A DNA stretch of 64,000 nt from the NCBI GenBank assembly GCA_040904565.1, contig JBBDTI010000030.1, positions 52,976 to 116,975 of the forward strand, read 5' to 3'. Shown in pieces: positions 1-10,077 of this stretch. A program made the translations under genes and the position numbers. Within the stretch, counting starts at the first letter, position 1. The number at the start of each line of letters is the position of its first letter. The notes beneath the pieces were generated by a model. That model saw only the letters and a program-made list of their open reading frames with translations. It did no database searches and was not told the origin of the DNA. This DNA comes from Rhodothermales bacterium. GTDB lineage: Bacteria > Bacteroidota > Rhodothermia > Rhodothermales > VXPQ01.

Positions 1-1504
1 GTGTTCGTCAGCCCCGTTGTCGTCATGTCGCCGCCGTCCTACAATGGCGGTAACCCGTCGACCGTGCGCGTGCGGAACGTCTCATCGAACAGTTTCGAGT
101 TTCAGCTCGACGAATGGAACTATCTCGATGGGAAGCACATGCGCGAGGACGTTCATTACGTGGTGTTCGAAGCTGGACGTCACAATCTTGGAAACGGCCA
201 CGAGGCGGAAGCGGGCATCGTGAATGGGGGTTCTTCATTCGCGTCCGTTTCATTCAAACAGTCGTTTGCCGACACCCCCGTCGTATTCAGTCAGATTGTT
301 TCGACGAATGATGCGGGGGCTGCGGTGACCAGGCAGCGGAATGTAACCTCGGCGGGATTCGAAGTTATGGTGCAGGGCGAACAGGCCAGCCCGTCACACG
401 GAGACGAACAGGTGGCGTACGTGGCGATCACGCAGGGCCACGGGGAGATCGGTACGCAGAGCTTCTCTGCCGGGTTGACTTCTTCGGGCGTCAACCATCA
501 GTTCTCCGCGCTAGACTTCGGACAGTCGTACTCGACCGCTCCGATGGTGCTCGCATCGATGCAATCTGCAAACGGCATGCATACGGCGACGCTCCGGTAC
601 CAGAATTTGGATGGCTCGGGTATGGAGGTCAAGGTGGAGGAAGAGCAATCGTTGGATGCCGAGACGTCTCATGTGAATGAGGCCGTCGGATTTCTGGCGA
701 TTACAGGCGGAACGGACCATGACTTGGTGAGCGATAGCGAGGACGGTGAAGTCGTTGCGAGCGAGCTGATCGAGAACGGATCGATCTCCGTCGACCAGAG
801 CAGTCCGGACGAGTGGCACACGGTCGAGCTGAAGAACGTGTTCGTCAGCCCCGTTGTCGTCATGTCGCCGCCGTCCTACAATGGCGGTAACCCGTCGACC
901 GTGCGCGTGCGGAACGTCTCATCGAACAGTTTCGAGTTTCAGCTCGACGAATGGAACTATCTCGATGGGAAGCACATGCGCGAGGACGTTCATTACGTGG
1001 TGTTCGAAGCTGGACGTCACAATCTTGGAAACGGCCACGAGGCGGAAGCGGGCATCGTGAATGGGGGTTCTTCATTCGCGTCCGTTTCATTCAAACAGTC
1101 GTTTGCCGACACCCCCGTCGTATTCAGTCAGATTGTTTCGACGAATGATGCGGGGGCTGCGGTGACCAGGCAGCGGAATGTAACCTCGGCGGGATTCGAA
1201 GTTATGGTGCAGGGCGAACAGGCCAGCCCGTCACACGGAGACGAACAGGTGGCGTACGTGGCGATCACGCAGGGCCACGGGGAGATCGGTACGCAGAGCT
1301 TCTCTGCCGGGTTGACTTCTTCGGGCGTCAACCATCAGTTCTCCGCGCTAGACTTCGGACAGTCGTACTCGACCGCTCCGATGGTGCTCGCATCGATGCA
1401 ATCTGCAAACGGCATGCATACGGCGACGCTCCGGTACCAGAATTTGGATGGCTCGGGTATGGAGGTCAAGGTGGAGGAAGAGCAATCGTTGGATGCCGAG
1501 ACGT
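1..1504 (+). repeat. Intragenic direct repeat, 837-bp period
   Basis: 1-667 appears identical to 838-1504; the copies diverge after GAGACGT. Confidence 0.95.
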
Positions 1505-1884
1505 ATCATGTAAAAGAGACTATCGGATATCTCGCGATTGACGGCGGATCAGATATCAGCCTCGCTAAAACGTCCACGGGAGTGGATCACGGGAGTGCCG
1601 TGCTTGCTGATGGTCTGCCTAAGACGGTCGAACTCGTCGGGAACTATCCGAACCCGTTCAATCCTACGACTACCATCCAGTATGCACTGCCGGAAGGAGC
1701 GTACGTGAGACTGGAGGTCTTCGACGTGACCGGACGCAGCGTATCGGTCGTCGTCGATGGCGTCCAGAGCGCGGGCGTGCACGAGGCGCGATTCGACGCC
1801 AGCGGTCTAGCGAGTGGACTGTACATGTATCGCCTCGAGACGGGGGCGTTTACGAAGACCTCGCCGATGATCCTTATGAAATAG
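1..1884 (+). CDS. T9SS-secreted protein with tandem H-type-lectin-like repeats (5' end outside window)
   Basis: Repeated ~90-aa subdomains (PVV...NG..P...R..NV....F....EE...D..H..E.V.Y) followed by a type A CTD, GNYPNPFNPTTTIQYALPE...GLASGLYMYRL...MILMK. Confidence 0.8.
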   Translation: MFVSPVVVMSPPSYNGGNPSTVRVRNVSSNSFEFQLDEWNYLDGKHMREDVHYVVFEAGRHNLGNGHEAEAGIVNGGSSFASVSFKQSFADTPVVFSQIVSTNDAGAAVTRQRNVTSAGFEVMVQGEQASPSHGDEQVAYVAITQGHGEIGTQSFSAGLTSSGVNHQFSALDFGQSYSTAPMVLASMQSANGMHTATLRYQNLDGSGMEVKVEEEQSLDAETSHVNEAVGFLAITGGTDHDLVSDSEDGEVVASELIENGSISVDQSSPDEWHTVELKNVFVSPVVVMSPPSYNGGNPSTVRVRNVSSNSFEFQLDEWNYLDGKHMREDVHYVVFEAGRHNLGNGHEAEAGIVNGGSSFASVSFKQSFADTPVVFSQIVSTNDAGAAVTRQRNVTSAGFEVMVQGEQASPSHGDEQVAYVAITQGHGEIGTQSFSAGLTSSGVNHQFSALDFGQSYSTAPMVLASMQSANGMHTATLRYQNLDGSGMEVKVEEEQSLDAETYHVKETIGYLAIDGGSDISLAKTSTGVDHGSAVLADGLPKTVELVGNYPNPFNPTTTIQYALPEGAYVRLEVFDVTGRSVSVVVDGVQSAGVHEARFDASGLASGLYMYRLETGAFTKTSPMILMK

Positions 1885-1904
1885 TGTCGATGAAGTGATT
1901 CGAC

Positions 1905-2019
1905 GCCACGTCCACCTCTGAACCGACACCAGAGCGTGGCAGGGGAAGACGGGGCGATGGGATGGCTCAGCCCGGCCGTGCACGAGATGCGCGTGGCCGA
2001 TCTGCTGAGATCCCATCGC
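1905..2019. other. Two GC-rich hairpins between convergent genes (possible terminator or RNA-stabilising structure)
   Basis: GCCACG/CGTGGC with CTCTG/CAGAG (1905-1940); GCGATGGGAT/ATCCCATCGC with inner CTCAG/CTGAG and CGGCC/GGCCG (1954-2019). Confidence 0.45.
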
Positions 2020-2083
2020 GCCGTTTCCTATTTCGGTTCTATTCGCTTTTCCCATGCCTCGGGCGATGGTGATGCCGGCCACC

Positions 2084-3715
2084 TCACCTGACGAGCGTCA
2101 TCCAGCGATGGTCACGAAAGCCTTCCGTTCGAAGTTCATACAGGTACAATCCAGCCGGAAGATTTCCGGCATGGAAGTCGATATGACGTGTCCCTATCGC
2201 CGCCGATACATTCTCGAGGACAGCAACGCGCTCACCCAGCACGTTATAAACGAAAATCGTTGCCTGGCCTTGACGGTCCATTGTAAAGGGTATCGTCGTA
2301 ACACCGTAGAAGGGATTTGGGTAGTTAGTGGCAAGGTGCGTGCCGCTAAGATTCGTGTGCGGTTCCGTGGCCGATGAAATCGGGTCCGGAGCGACGTTGA
2401 GCGTGATGGAAAATGAAGCGCCTGGAAAGCCCCCTGCGGTAGCAGTAATGGTGGCGGTGTGTACACCTTCCTCCAGCCGCGAGCTGTCAATGCGCAGATT
2501 GATGCGCGCACCTGAGGGGCTTGCTCTCTCGGGTGCAGCATCCGTGAGCGTGATCCAATCGGGGAAATTAAGGGGGCCGACTTCGAAGTCAGGGTCGCCT
2601 CGGTGCGTCCACAGGAGAACGCCGATCGCGTCTTTCTGCCCCTTCTCCAGTTGCAGGTTAAAGCTTCGCGGCCAGAATCCAAGCGTGTCCGGCCGTTCCG
2701 GTTCCGCCGGCCTGGACCACGTGCTTGTCTGAGCATTTCCAGAGAGGCCGATGCTGCCGTTAGCGGCGACGAATCGCTCGTTGATGACGCGAACTTCGGG
2801 TCCGAGCAGTTTTTCAGGGAGCACGTCCAGTTCCGACCACGAATCGGAACGCGGATCGTAGGCCGTCATGAGATCGAGAGATGCGGTTCGATTCGGTCCC
2901 GGTCCGACGCCGCCGGCCATGATGAGTTGGCGATTATAGAAGAATGTACTGGCTTCCGCGTGCGAGCGGCGGAGGGGTAGATTCGCTTTTCTAGACCACG
3001 TGTCGGACGCGAAATCGTATACGTGGATATGCGCGCTTAACGTCCGGCCGCCGTCGTGTCCGAACTGACCACCCACCGCGTAAAGCTTTCCTTCGAAAAC
3101 GCCACTGCTGAGGTGGTTGCGCGGTTGGGGGAGGGGGGCCGCCGCCGTCCATCCGTTCTCGGGACGATCGACGTCGAGCACGAGATGGTCTCCGATATCC
3201 GTTTGTCTGTCGGGAAGTAGGCCGCCGACATAATGAAGATTCCGGCCAAGGAGCGCTAACGTTCCGGAAGCGCGCGGGGAGGGAAGAGACGGTCCGACCG
3301 TCCAAATGTCGGTCGCGATGTCGTAGATTTGAACGATATCGACGGCGGGACCGGGATGATCGCCTTCAAAGCCGCCTACGATCCATATCCGTCCGTCAAC
3401 AAGTGCCGCCCCGACGTGAGAGACGGCGCGCGGAATCGGAGCGAGGAACGACCACCTGTCCGATGTCGGATCGTACATTTCGGAGACGTGGGTCGCGATT
3501 ACGTCTCGCGCAAATCCGGCCACGACGAACAGCTTTCCCTCGTACACGGCACCGGCACCTTCCGTGCGAGCGATGCTCGACGGGGACTCGCTCGTCCATG
3601 CCGCCATTCGCTCCTCGGTCGTACTCTGGAAGAGCTGGACGATCACGACCAGCACGGCGACCACGATCACCACATATTGATAGGCGTTCTGAATCCAGCC
3701 CATAGCTTCTGCCAT
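2084..3715 (-). CDS. Kelch-repeat protein with an Ig/BACON-like domain and T9SS CTD
   Basis: Six Kelch repeats (GG...YDP..D.W....P.PR); N-terminal hydrophobic segment; C-terminal NYPNPF...LPAGLYLYEL. Confidence 0.85.
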   Translation of the reverse strand: MAEAMGWIQNAYQYVVIVVAVLVVIVQLFQSTTEERMAAWTSESPSSIARTEGAGAVYEGKLFVVAGFARDVIATHVSEMYDPTSDRWSFLAPIPRAVSHVGAALVDGRIWIVGGFEGDHPGPAVDIVQIYDIATDIWTVGPSLPSPRASGTLALLGRNLHYVGGLLPDRQTDIGDHLVLDVDRPENGWTAAAPLPQPRNHLSSGVFEGKLYAVGGQFGHDGGRTLSAHIHVYDFASDTWSRKANLPLRRSHAEASTFFYNRQLIMAGGVGPGPNRTASLDLMTAYDPRSDSWSELDVLPEKLLGPEVRVINERFVAANGSIGLSGNAQTSTWSRPAEPERPDTLGFWPRSFNLQLEKGQKDAIGVLLWTHRGDPDFEVGPLNFPDWITLTDAAPERASPSGARINLRIDSSRLEEGVHTATITATAGGFPGASFSITLNVAPDPISSATEPHTNLSGTHLATNYPNPFYGVTTIPFTMDRQGQATIFVYNVLGERVAVLENVSAAIGTRHIDFHAGNLPAGLYLYELRTEGFRDHRWMTLVR

Positions 3716-3879
3716 TTGCTTCCGGTGGCCGGCTGTTTGCCGACCGCTCGTAATAGTGTCCTACCGGCGCGCGGGGTATGCGGAGGGCGATCGACTGCTA
3801 TTTCCCGGGTCGTCTTCTGCGACGATCTTTCTGCGGAACGACCACCGCGCAATGACTAGAGGTCGACGATAGCTGCACC

Positions 3880-5886
3880 ATGCTGCCATTCGTCCGCATG
3901 TACCCTTCTGGTGTGTGCGATATCGGAACTCTTGAGGCGGCCATGTCCATCTGCACTGAGCGTCGTTGTACTGTCTCGCTTCTATCGGTCTTCCTGCTCT
4001 CGGCACTGAACGTGGCCGCACCTTCCACCGCGCAGGTCACCGCATCTGTCACCGAGCAGGCCACAGTGCCGCTTACGTTGCCGCTTACAGTGCCGGTCTC
4101 CGAACTCGTCACGGCGCCCGTCACAGCGCCCGTAGCGGGACCGATTGCCAATACGCTACCTCGAATGAACTGTGATAGGGCCGGAGAAATTCGATCCGAT
4201 GAAGGAGACTGTATTCCGGTCGAAATATTCTTCTCTACGGGTACAAACCGAATCTACTGGGTGGATCAACAGGCCGGAAGCGACGGCAATCCGGGTACGA
4301 AGGCCACGCCGTGGAAGACGATCAGCCGCTCCACCCATCCAGCCGTATTGCGCCCAGGTGACGTCGTGATCATTCGCGCCGGGACGTATCGAGAGACGAT
4401 CGCACCGCAAGAAATGGGTACATCCGGCCGCCTGATTACGTTTTCTGCATATCCCGGCGACGAGGTTGTCGTCACGGGTGCCGATCCGATGAGCGATGGA
4501 TGGACGCGCTCCGACGGGGCATGGCGGCACGCGTGGACCGTCCCGCTTCACGCAAGTCCGAACGTTGGAACCCTCAAGGAGCGGCCTCAATTTCGGCGCG
4601 AAATGGTTATCGTAGATGGAGTAGTGCTTACTCCGGTCTTCGCTCGTTCCGACGTCATACCGGGAACGTTCTACGTCGAGGGATCGGACGCGGAACCCAT
4701 GGCCATTTTCATGCGGCTTCCTGGAGACGACGATCCGAGCAGGCACGTCGTTGAGGTAGGACGACGAAGCGCTTTATTCCTTCCGAAGCCTGCACGTGAC
4801 GATTGGTGCGGCGGTAGGAGCGGCTTCTATAGGCTGGTCGGACTCACGTTCCGACACGCCGTCAACAATGCAAATTGGGCGGCCGTTTGCACGGGGGGGC
4901 GGGGCTCAATTCTCGAAGAAAACGTGGTGGAATGGACAAACGGGACGGGAATCAATATCGCCGGCGAGGCCAACCTGCTTCGCGGCAACCGAGTCAATTT
5001 CAACGGCATGAGAGGCATCGGGGGGCGCTGTGCCGGTTGCCGGCTCGAGTACAATGAAACCTCCCACAACAACTGGAAGAAGCATGAATACGGCTACGGC
5101 AGTGCCGGTATCAAACTGATCTACTCCAGGGAGACGACCATATCCCATCATTTATCTTCCGACAACAACGGCACCGGGATCTGGCTGGACGTAAAGAATA
5201 TTGGATGCGTCGTGGAGAACTCAGTTGTCCAGAACAATACCGGAAGAGGTATCATGGTAGAGTATGGGACCGTGCATTCTACGATACGTAACAACGTAGT
5301 ATACGGTACGAGACTCGATGGCCGAGAAGGATCCGGCATCCAGTCCCAATCAGCAAGCAACAACGTGTTTGTTCACAACACGATCGTCAGGAATGAGGGA
5401 TACGGAATGTGGATCCGGCTCAGCCCAAGAGACACGGACGGCCACAATTTCATATACAACAATTTGTTCGTTGCGAACGCGGCGCACGGATCGAAGGAGC
5501 ACAGTGAGATCAGGATCGAAGGTGAATCGCTGGATCATCTGCGGACGAACCGCCTGGACGGAAATGTCTACTGGCCGCAGGCAGCGGGGTCCCACACCTT
5601 CATTGCAGCGTCTCAAGGCCGCACCCTGTACGCAGGGAATGATCTGACGGAGTGGTACAGCGTCGTCGACGGTGACAGAGAGGCCACGATGCTAGATAAA
5701 GCCCTTCCTTACATCGAAGATCGGGATTCTATTACCGGGTGGCGCCTCGCAGCGGGCTCACAGGCCGTGTCGCGCGGCGTCGTGCTACCCGCGCATCTTC
5801 GTGCATCCATGGACATCACGTCCGCCGTTCGGCCGCAGGGAAGTCCGGATGCGGGTGCGCACCAACGTAGCACGGCCGGGGAGTGA
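3880..5886 (+). CDS. Secreted right-handed parallel beta-helix protein (DUF1565/pectate-lyase-like fold); true start probably near 3943
   Basis: GSDGNPGTKATPWKTI and PGDVVIIRAGTYRE motifs, N-rich beta-helix rungs, signal peptide ending STA|Q, Thr/Pro/Val-rich linker. Confidence 0.8.
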   Translation: MLPFVRMYPSGVCDIGTLEAAMSICTERRCTVSLLSVFLLSALNVAAPSTAQVTASVTEQATVPLTLPLTVPVSELVTAPVTAPVAGPIANTLPRMNCDRAGEIRSDEGDCIPVEIFFSTGTNRIYWVDQQAGSDGNPGTKATPWKTISRSTHPAVLRPGDVVIIRAGTYRETIAPQEMGTSGRLITFSAYPGDEVVVTGADPMSDGWTRSDGAWRHAWTVPLHASPNVGTLKERPQFRREMVIVDGVVLTPVFARSDVIPGTFYVEGSDAEPMAIFMRLPGDDDPSRHVVEVGRRSALFLPKPARDDWCGGRSGFYRLVGLTFRHAVNNANWAAVCTGGRGSILEENVVEWTNGTGINIAGEANLLRGNRVNFNGMRGIGGRCAGCRLEYNETSHNNWKKHEYGYGSAGIKLIYSRETTISHHLSSDNNGTGIWLDVKNIGCVVENSVVQNNTGRGIMVEYGTVHSTIRNNVVYGTRLDGREGSGIQSQSASNNVFVHNTIVRNEGYGMWIRLSPRDTDGHNFIYNNLFVANAAHGSKEHSEIRIEGESLDHLRTNRLDGNVYWPQAAGSHTFIAASQGRTLYAGNDLTEWYSVVDGDREATMLDKALPYIEDRDSITGWRLAAGSQAVSRGVVLPAHLRASMDITSAVRPQGSPDAGAHQRSTAGE

Positions 5887-5934
5887 CGGCTCGACCGGGA
5901 CAGTACGGACACGGCCGTGAGGCACCACGCAAAT

Positions 5935-5965
5935 AGCCCGGACCGCATTAGCGATCCGGGCTTTT
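5935..5965. terminator. Probable bidirectional intrinsic terminator
   Basis: AGCCCGGA...TCCGGGCT stem followed by TTTT and preceded by AAAT, between convergent genes. Confidence 0.55.
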
Positions 5966-5995
5966 GGAGAGAAAAACGTAAGAGGATAGCGGCGA

Positions 5996-7105
5996 TCAGC
6001 TACTCGGTTTCTTCGCCATTGCTTCGACACCGTTCGTCCCAGAACGGGCTTCCACGGAAGCTCGAACGGGTCTCGCCTTCACATCCTGATCGCCCGTGCC
6101 GTTTGTCGCGTGCCTATTTGTGTTCAACGGGAGGGCCGCTTGATAGCGGTAAACGCGCTCGATCCCCTCGGATAGGCTGATCTTCGGCTCGTACAGTTCG
6201 AGCATTCTGCGGCAGTCTCCGACTCTGGCGAAAACGCCTTCGGGCTTCGATGAGTCATTCACAATTTCGGCGTCGTGACCGAGCACGTCGGACGCCAGCT
6301 TCGCGAGTTCCACGAACGTCGTTCCGACTCCGCTTCCCAGGTTGATGACGTCTCCCGGCTGCAGGCGCTCGGCTGCGGCGAAAGTAGCTTCCACGACGTC
6401 GTCGATGTGGATGAAGTCTCTCATCTGGCGGCCGCTGCCCCAAACCACGATGGGAGATTCTTTTCGTGCGACGCGCCGTATGACGCTCGGGAAGGGATAG
6501 GTGAAGGCCTGGTCTTCGCCGTACCCCGAAAAGGGACGAAAGGTAATGACATTCAGATCGTAGTCGCGCGCTGCGAACCGCGCGAGAAACTCTCCGGTGA
6601 GCTTCGACCAACCGTAGGTCATGTCCGGCACGCCCATGTTCTCGTCAAAGACGATCATATCTTCCGAAAGGGGCCGATGATTCTCCGGTGTCTGGAGATG
6701 AATCGGATAGGCCGCCGACGAGCTGAAATAGAGCACCTGCTCCGGTCTGGGTGATCGCACGACCCAGTTAAAGAACGTCGCGTCGATCGCCAGATCGGTG
6801 GCGACTGCAAGCGGATCGCCTTCGATGGTCATGCGACCGCCCACGACGGCGGCCAGGTGTACGATCAGATCGAATTCGGGCGACGCTTCTCTGGCGTACT
6901 CACGAAAATCGCATTGGTGAAAGGTCATGTGTCGCGCTTGCCTGTCGGAAAGTGCACTTGGAGCGCGCCATGCGCGGGGGGGGAGTCCGGTGGACAGATC
7001 GTCGACGATCGTGACATGGTAGCCGCGCTCGATAAGTTGTTTGACGTACCGTCGACCGACGAATCCGCAGCCGCCCGTGACTAGAGCTTTCTTCTTCATT
7101 TCCAT
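5996..7105 (-). CDS. NAD-dependent nucleotide-sugar epimerase/dehydratase
   Basis: VTGGCGFVG Rossmann motif, SSSAAY, YGWSK catalytic YxxxK, RDFIHIDD. Confidence 0.9.
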   Translation of the reverse strand: MEMKKKALVTGGCGFVGRRYVKQLIERGYHVTIVDDLSTGLPPRAWRAPSALSDRQARHMTFHQCDFREYAREASPEFDLIVHLAAVVGGRMTIEGDPLAVATDLAIDATFFNWVVRSPRPEQVLYFSSSAAYPIHLQTPENHRPLSEDMIVFDENMGVPDMTYGWSKLTGEFLARFAARDYDLNVITFRPFSGYGEDQAFTYPFPSVIRRVARKESPIVVWGSGRQMRDFIHIDDVVEATFAAAERLQPGDVINLGSGVGTTFVELAKLASDVLGHDAEIVNDSSKPEGVFARVGDCRRMLELYEPKISLSEGIERVYRYQAALPLNTNRHATNGTGDQDVKARPVRASVEARSGTNGVEAMAKKPSS

Positions 7106-7869
7106 GTGAGCTTCGTTTTAAGGTTTTGAAGGATGGCCGTGTGGAGCACGGCCCAGATGAAGGGACTGTCTTCGATGAGGTAGCGCCTCCCCAGGCGACG
7201 AGGATCGAGCATCATGCGATGAAACCACTCGAAGCCGTAGTCGCGCATCCAGCGGGGTGCTCTACGCTGATCGCCGCAGATGATGTCGAATGCGGAGCCT
7301 ATTCCGATTCCTACATTTGCGCCGCAGTCGGCCAGGTATGACCGAATCCAACGCTCCTGGCGGGGTGCACCCAGCGCTGCCAGCACGATCTTTGCGCCTC
7401 GTTTCTTGATTTCTCCGGCCAGCTTGACGCTGTCGTCCGGTTCCAGTGGAAACGGCGTTGGAAGCGCGTGAATCACGGCACCCGGATACCGCTTCCGAAG
7501 AGCCTGCGCAGCACGATCGGCTACGCCGGGCGCCGCTCCGATCAGTGCTACGGAACAGCCCGTTTCGGCGGAAATGCGTCCGCAGCTCCAGACGAGCTCC
7601 GTTCCGCTTACGCGGCCGCGAATGGGCGAGTCGAGCAGTGCGGCCGACCAGACTATAGGGACGCCGTCGGCAATCGCCAGATCGGATGCCCATAGATCCG
7701 CTTCGAATGCCGGATCACGCCGCGCTTTCATCGCCATGTCGACGTTGATCACGGCAATGTGGAGCCGCTGGTCCGACACGACGGCGCGGCGCATTGCTTC
7801 GACTGTGTCATCGAAGGAAACTGAATCGACGGGACACCCGAGGATGTCCATGCGTGCTACTTGATCCAT
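7096..7869 (-). CDS. WecB/TagA/CpsF family (GT26) glycosyltransferase
   Basis: ADGVPIVW, GRVSGTEL, ALGAPRQERW, RRAPRWM..GFEWFHR...PRRLGRRY. Confidence 0.92.
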   Translation of the reverse strand: MDQVARMDILGCPVDSVSFDDTVEAMRRAVVSDQRLHIAVINVDMAMKARRDPAFEADLWASDLAIADGVPIVWSAALLDSPIRGRVSGTELVWSCGRISAETGCSVALIGAAPGVADRAAQALRKRYPGAVIHALPTPFPLEPDDSVKLAGEIKKRGAKIVLAALGAPRQERWIRSYLADCGANVGIGIGSAFDIICGDQRRAPRWMRDYGFEWFHRMMLDPRRLGRRYLIEDSPFIWAVLHTAILQNLKTKLTWK

Positions 7870-8036
7870 GAAAATCTCGGGATCGGAGATCCATTGATGA
7901 ATGGAATGAACAGGCTACCTTTCCCTCGTTACAGTGGGCTCCCGGTACGGAATCGGCCATCGGGCGACACACCGGCGTAGCCTCGAAGATGCGGCTGTAG
8001 AGGAGGTGGGGCCGAACGGGCCCATCAACGCAACCA

Positions 8037-9059
8037 TCAGAGCGCGCGCTCCAGACTCCGGACGCTGCGTGTGACCTCCATATTCCAGCGATTCCGCTCG
8101 TGCGAGAGGTCTATAGAGCGACCGCACGCCGTCCGAATGCCTCGCGCGACGGATTCCGGTGTGTTCTCGACGAGCATGGCCCATTGTCCGAAGAGGGTCT
8201 CGGACAGGGCGTCGCGCGTTACGACCAGCGGCGTATCGGACGACAGTGCTTCACATGCGCCTGATTGCTGCGTTGCGTCTTTCGTCGTGAGCGCCACGGC
8301 GGCCGCGCTGGAACATAGCACGGCGTGGTACGCTTCCTCACTCAGATAGCCTGTCAACAAGAGATTGGGACAGGAGCGCAGTCGCTGCTGATCTCGGCGG
8401 GACAGTTTGCGTACGTCGGCTGTTAGCACGAACTGATATTCGGGCATTGACTCGACCACGCGGACGATCACGTCCTGCGGCTCGTCGGGATCGAACGAGC
8501 AGATGAAAAGTACCTGCCGCGGATGGCGTGACGTGTTGACAGTGATTCGGTCTATCGGGTCCGCAATAACATGAAAAGAGATATCGGGATACACTCCCTG
8601 GGCGATTTTTAGTATCTCTCCATTGTGGACGATTACCAGCTTTGCGCGATGCAGGATGAATCCAACGAACGGGAGCCTTCCCCAGAGTGATTGGAAGAGG
8701 GCGTTATGAGCGTCCACGACGTAGGGCACGTTCCATAGCAGTGCGGGCAGGGCGGTGAAATGCGGGGGTACCTGAAAGAAGACGCAGTCTGCCTTGCGGC
8801 GACGGATGAGTCGAATCGTCGTCCAGAACTTGGCGAGATAGTCGAGCGGCCTGAGGAGGCGAAACCGTGTAAGGTGCGGGAGCAGGATCAGATCCGCACG
8901 TAGACGTGGGGCGAGCACTTCCGCTCGTCGCTGATAGCCTCTCCAAACGACGTAGAGGGCCCTCGAATAGGGACGCGCCTCGCCGCTGCCGTTTTCGCCA
9001 TTCACGGCGTGGGCGACGTGCTCGGTCGTGTCCGATACATCGATGTTCGTGGCTCTCAT
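8037..9059 (-). CDS. GT-B fold glycosyltransferase (GT4/ALG1-like)
   Basis: YVVDAHN, SFDPDEP, LTGYLSEEAY, GACEALS motifs. Confidence 0.75.
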   Translation of the reverse strand: MRATNIDVSDTTEHVAHAVNGENGSGEARPYSRALYVVWRGYQRRAEVLAPRLRADLILLPHLTRFRLLRPLDYLAKFWTTIRLIRRRKADCVFFQVPPHFTALPALLWNVPYVVDAHNALFQSLWGRLPFVGFILHRAKLVIVHNGEILKIAQGVYPDISFHVIADPIDRITVNTSRHPRQVLFICSFDPDEPQDVIVRVVESMPEYQFVLTADVRKLSRRDQQRLRSCPNLLLTGYLSEEAYHAVLCSSAAAVALTTKDATQQSGACEALSSDTPLVVTRDALSETLFGQWAMLVENTPESVARGIRTACGRSIDLSHERNRWNMEVTRSVRSLERAL

Positions 9060-9931
9060 CAGGTCCCTCTAACGTGGCATCGACGCAGAAAGTGGACGGA
9101 TACGCGAAGGAGATCGCACACGAAAAACGAAACAAATTGCAACGGGGAGATGGCCGTTTTTAGCGCGAAATAGAAGCGGAACTTGATCCAGCCGGACGAA
9201 CGGAAATCGAAAAAGTAGTGCCGGAAATCTCTAAGGCGGTAGTGCGCCTCCTGCTCGGATCCATGGGTTAGATTGACGTGACTCATCACCCTGGCTCCGT
9301 AGTACACGAGCAATCGATAGCCTTGGCGACTGGCGCGAACGGGAAACTCTGTATCCCCCCGGTGTCGAAAATGTACGTCGTCGTACAGTCCCACCTTCCT
9401 GAAGACGGATACCGGAATCAGCGTCCCCCGTCCCGTCAGCTGCGAGACCTCGAAATACGCAGAGTCCGGAAATGACGAAAGGGAACGCCCCTGGTTCATG
9501 ACCCGGTGCTTGGCGGTAATCCAGTTCGTCAGCCGCCCCCCATCCCAGACCGTGTCGGGTTTTTCTATGTCGACGACCACCGACCCGATCAGCGCATCCG
9601 GATGCCGGCGTGCAAAGTCGGTCAGTCGCTGTACGTAGGACGGCTCGATTTCCAGGTCGTCGTTGATGATCAGGACGTAATCGTCATCCTCTGCCTCCGT
9701 CAGCAGGTGATTCAGCCCCAGGTTTGTTCCGCCCGACCACCACAGGCTGCCATCGCCCGTCAGCAGCGTCACTTCAGGATACTCCTTCCTGATCATATCG
9801 GACGTTCCATCGGTTGAGCCGTCATCTACGATCACGACCCGTATGCCTTCAAACGTCTGCTTGCGCATGCATTCGAGAAATGTTCGCGTAATCGGTCGGC
9901 GATTATGAACCGGTGTAATCGTGTATACCAT
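9059..9931 (-). CDS. GT2 family glycosyltransferase
   Basis: ITPVHNR, VDDGSTDGT, LWWSGG, IINDD; start placed at MVYTI. Confidence 0.9.
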   Translation of the reverse strand: MVYTITPVHNRRPITRTFLECMRKQTFEGIRVVIVDDGSTDGTSDMIRKEYPEVTLLTGDGSLWWSGGTNLGLNHLLTEAEDDDYVLIINDDLEIEPSYVQRLTDFARRHPDALIGSVVVDIEKPDTVWDGGRLTNWITAKHRVMNQGRSLSSFPDSAYFEVSQLTGRGTLIPVSVFRKVGLYDDVHFRHRGDTEFPVRASRQGYRLLVYYGARVMSHVNLTHGSEQEAHYRLRDFRHYFFDFRSSGWIKFRFYFALKTAISPLQFVSFFVCDLLRVSVHFLRRCHVRGT

Positions 9932-10077
9932 TGCTACATCTAGGAGTCTGTTGAATTCCACGGTCGTAAAGGGCCGGCCGAGAGTGAGATGCATTCATGC
10001 ATGCAGCAGTGATCGGCGCGACGCGAGCCCGAATGACGAGCGCAGCGAGCAAATGCAACGCAGAGTTTCAGGAATTA

